356 nucleotides of DNA, taken from the sequence record L26376.1. One strand, 5' to 3'. Each line of letters opens with the position of its first letter. Positions within the stretch are counted from its first letter, which is position 1. This stretch comes from a phage. The notes beneath the pieces are model-generated. The model was not told the DNA's origin, searched no databases, and worked only from the letters and a program-made list of their open reading frames with translations. A program made the translations under genes and the position numbers. Shown here one piece after another: positions 1 through 356 of the stretch.

Positions 1-176
1 GGATTAAGTGTGCTAACAACTCTTGGAACTTCTTCCGTACTGGCCCCGATGGAACCTACTTCATAGCCTCTGATGGTGGATGGTTACGATTCCAAATACA
101 CTCCAACGGTCTCGGATTCAAGAATATTGCAGACAGTCGTTCAGTACCTAATGCAATCATGGTGGAGAACGAATAA
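1..176 (+). CDS. 17: Tail fibre protein, C-terminal end (5'-truncated by the window edge; codon phase begins at base 3; stop TAA at 174-176)
   Basis: Translating from base 3 gives IKCANNSWNFFRTGPDGTYFIASDGGWLRFQIHSNGLGFKNIADSRSVPNAIMVENE*, an uninterrupted frame. This matches my recollection of the extreme C-terminus of phage T7 gp17, the receptor-binding tip of the tail fibre. Bases 1-2 (gg) fit the end of a Trp codon preceding Ile-Lys. Identification is from memory, not a search. Confidence 0.88.
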   Translation, partial: IKCANNSWNFFRTGPDGTYFIASDGGWLRFQIHSNGLGFKNIADSRSVPNAIMVENE

Positions 177-202
177 TTGATAAATCACAAGGAAAGACGT
201 GT

Positions 203-218
203 AGTCCACGGATGGACT
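203..218 (+). other. Small intergenic inverted repeat / potential RNA hairpin (6-bp stem AGTCCA / TGGACT, 4-nt loop CGGA)
   Basis: Seen directly: 203-208 AGTCCA is the exact reverse complement of 213-218 TGGACT, separated by CGGA. It lies between the gene 17 stop and the gene 17.5 ribosome-binding site. No U-tract follows, so it does not look like an intrinsic terminator. Confidence 0.3.
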
Positions 219-221
219 CTC

Positions 222-229
222 AAGGAGGT
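222..229 (+). promoter_or_regulatory. Shine-Dalgarno ribosome-binding site for the downstream holin gene
   Basis: AAGGAGGT at 222-229 is a near-perfect complement to the 16S rRNA 3' end. The AGGAGG core ends at 227, leaving a 7-nt spacer before the GTG at 235-237. Confidence 0.8.
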
Positions 230-234
230 ACAAG

Positions 235-356
235 GTGCTATCATTAGACTTTAACAACGAATTGATTAAAGCTGCTCCAGTTGTTGGGATGGGTGTAGCA
301 GATGTTAGTGCTCGACTGTTCTTTGGGTTAAGTCTTAACGAATGGTTCTACGCTGC
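235..356 (+). CDS. 17.5: Holin (T7 gp17.5-type small holin), N-terminal 40 codons (3'-truncated by the window edge); initiates at GTG
   Basis: Translation from 235 gives (M)LSLDFNNELIKAAPVVGMGVADVSARLFFGLSLNEWFYA..., which matches my recollection of the N-terminus of T7 gp17.5 holin (MLSLDFNNELIKAAP...VADVSARLFFGLSLNEWFY...). A strong SD sits at optimal spacing. The frame is closed upstream by TAG at 202-204 with no in-frame ATG between that stop and the GTG. The position directly after the tail fibre gene is the T7 gene order. Confidence 0.85.
   Translation, partial: MLSLDFNNELIKAAPVVGMGVADVSARLFFGLSLNEWFYA

Noticed and set aside
1-176. First impression of a T-even (T4 gp37-like) long tail fibre C-terminus
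   Set aside because: The downstream ORF matches the T7-type holin rather than T4 gp38 or holin t, and the C-terminal peptide matches my recollection of T7 gp17 specifically.
199-222. RNase III processing site
   Set aside because: Known T7 RNase III sites are much longer imperfect hairpins, and to my knowledge none is described between genes 17 and 17.5. The 6-bp stem is too small.
177-234. Intrinsic (rho-independent) terminator after the tail fibre gene
   Set aside because: The only hairpin (203-218) has a 6-bp stem of modest GC content and is followed by CTCTCAAGG, not a U-tract.
221-235. Short direct repeat CAAGG (221-225 and 231-235)
   Set aside because: A 5-nt repeat within the purine-rich RBS region is expected by chance and has no obvious function beyond the SD itself.
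212-247. Alternative ATG start at 212-214
   Set aside because: It is out of frame with the holin, encodes only MDSQGGTRCYH before TAG at 245-247, and has no SD of its own. It is most likely a chance ATG inside the RBS region.
235-291. Dual-start holin/antiholin motif (as in lambda S107/S105)
   Set aside because: The second Met is 18 codons downstream with no SD, and there is no Met-Lys-Met type arrangement. T7-type holins are not known to use this mechanism.
143-347. Antisense open frame (about 68 codons) on the minus strand, bounded by plus-strand TCA 141-143 and CTA 348-350
   Set aside because: It lies antisense to two confidently identified genes and their RBS, and shows no recognisable RBS or protein similarity. 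Open frames of this length are expected by chance in a 356-bp window.
1-356. A novel or undescribed system (defence system, toxin-antitoxin, etc.) in this window
   Set aside because: The whole window is accounted for by two recognisable, well-studied T7-group genes and a short spacer with an ordinary RBS. No unexplained ORF or repeat architecture remains.
1-356. T7 RNA polymerase promoter (consensus TAATACGACTCACTATAGGGAGA) on either strand
   Set aside because: Neither the consensus nor its reverse complement, nor a close variant, is present in the window.

Overview
This window is the junction between two genes of a T7-group coliphage (Autographiviridae, T7-like), both on the + strand. Bases 1-176 encode the last 58 codons of the tail fibre protein (T7 gene 17 product), ending ...IKCANNSWNFFRTGPDGTYFIASDGGWLRFQIHSNGLGFKNIADSRSVPNAIMVENE* with TAA at 174-176. 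A 58-nt spacer (177-234) follows, carrying a small hairpin and a near-perfect Shine-Dalgarno AAGGAGGT (222-229). Bases 235-356 encode the first 40 codons of the small holin (T7 gene 17.5 product), MLSLDFNNELIKAAPVVGMGVADVSARLFFGLSLNEWFYA..., initiating at GTG. Both identifications rest on my recall of the T7 protein sequences, not on a database search. I see no evidence of a novel system: this is a well-characterised phage structural/lysis gene boundary. The points worth checking are the GTG start, the spacer hairpin, and whether a few residues differ from reference T7.
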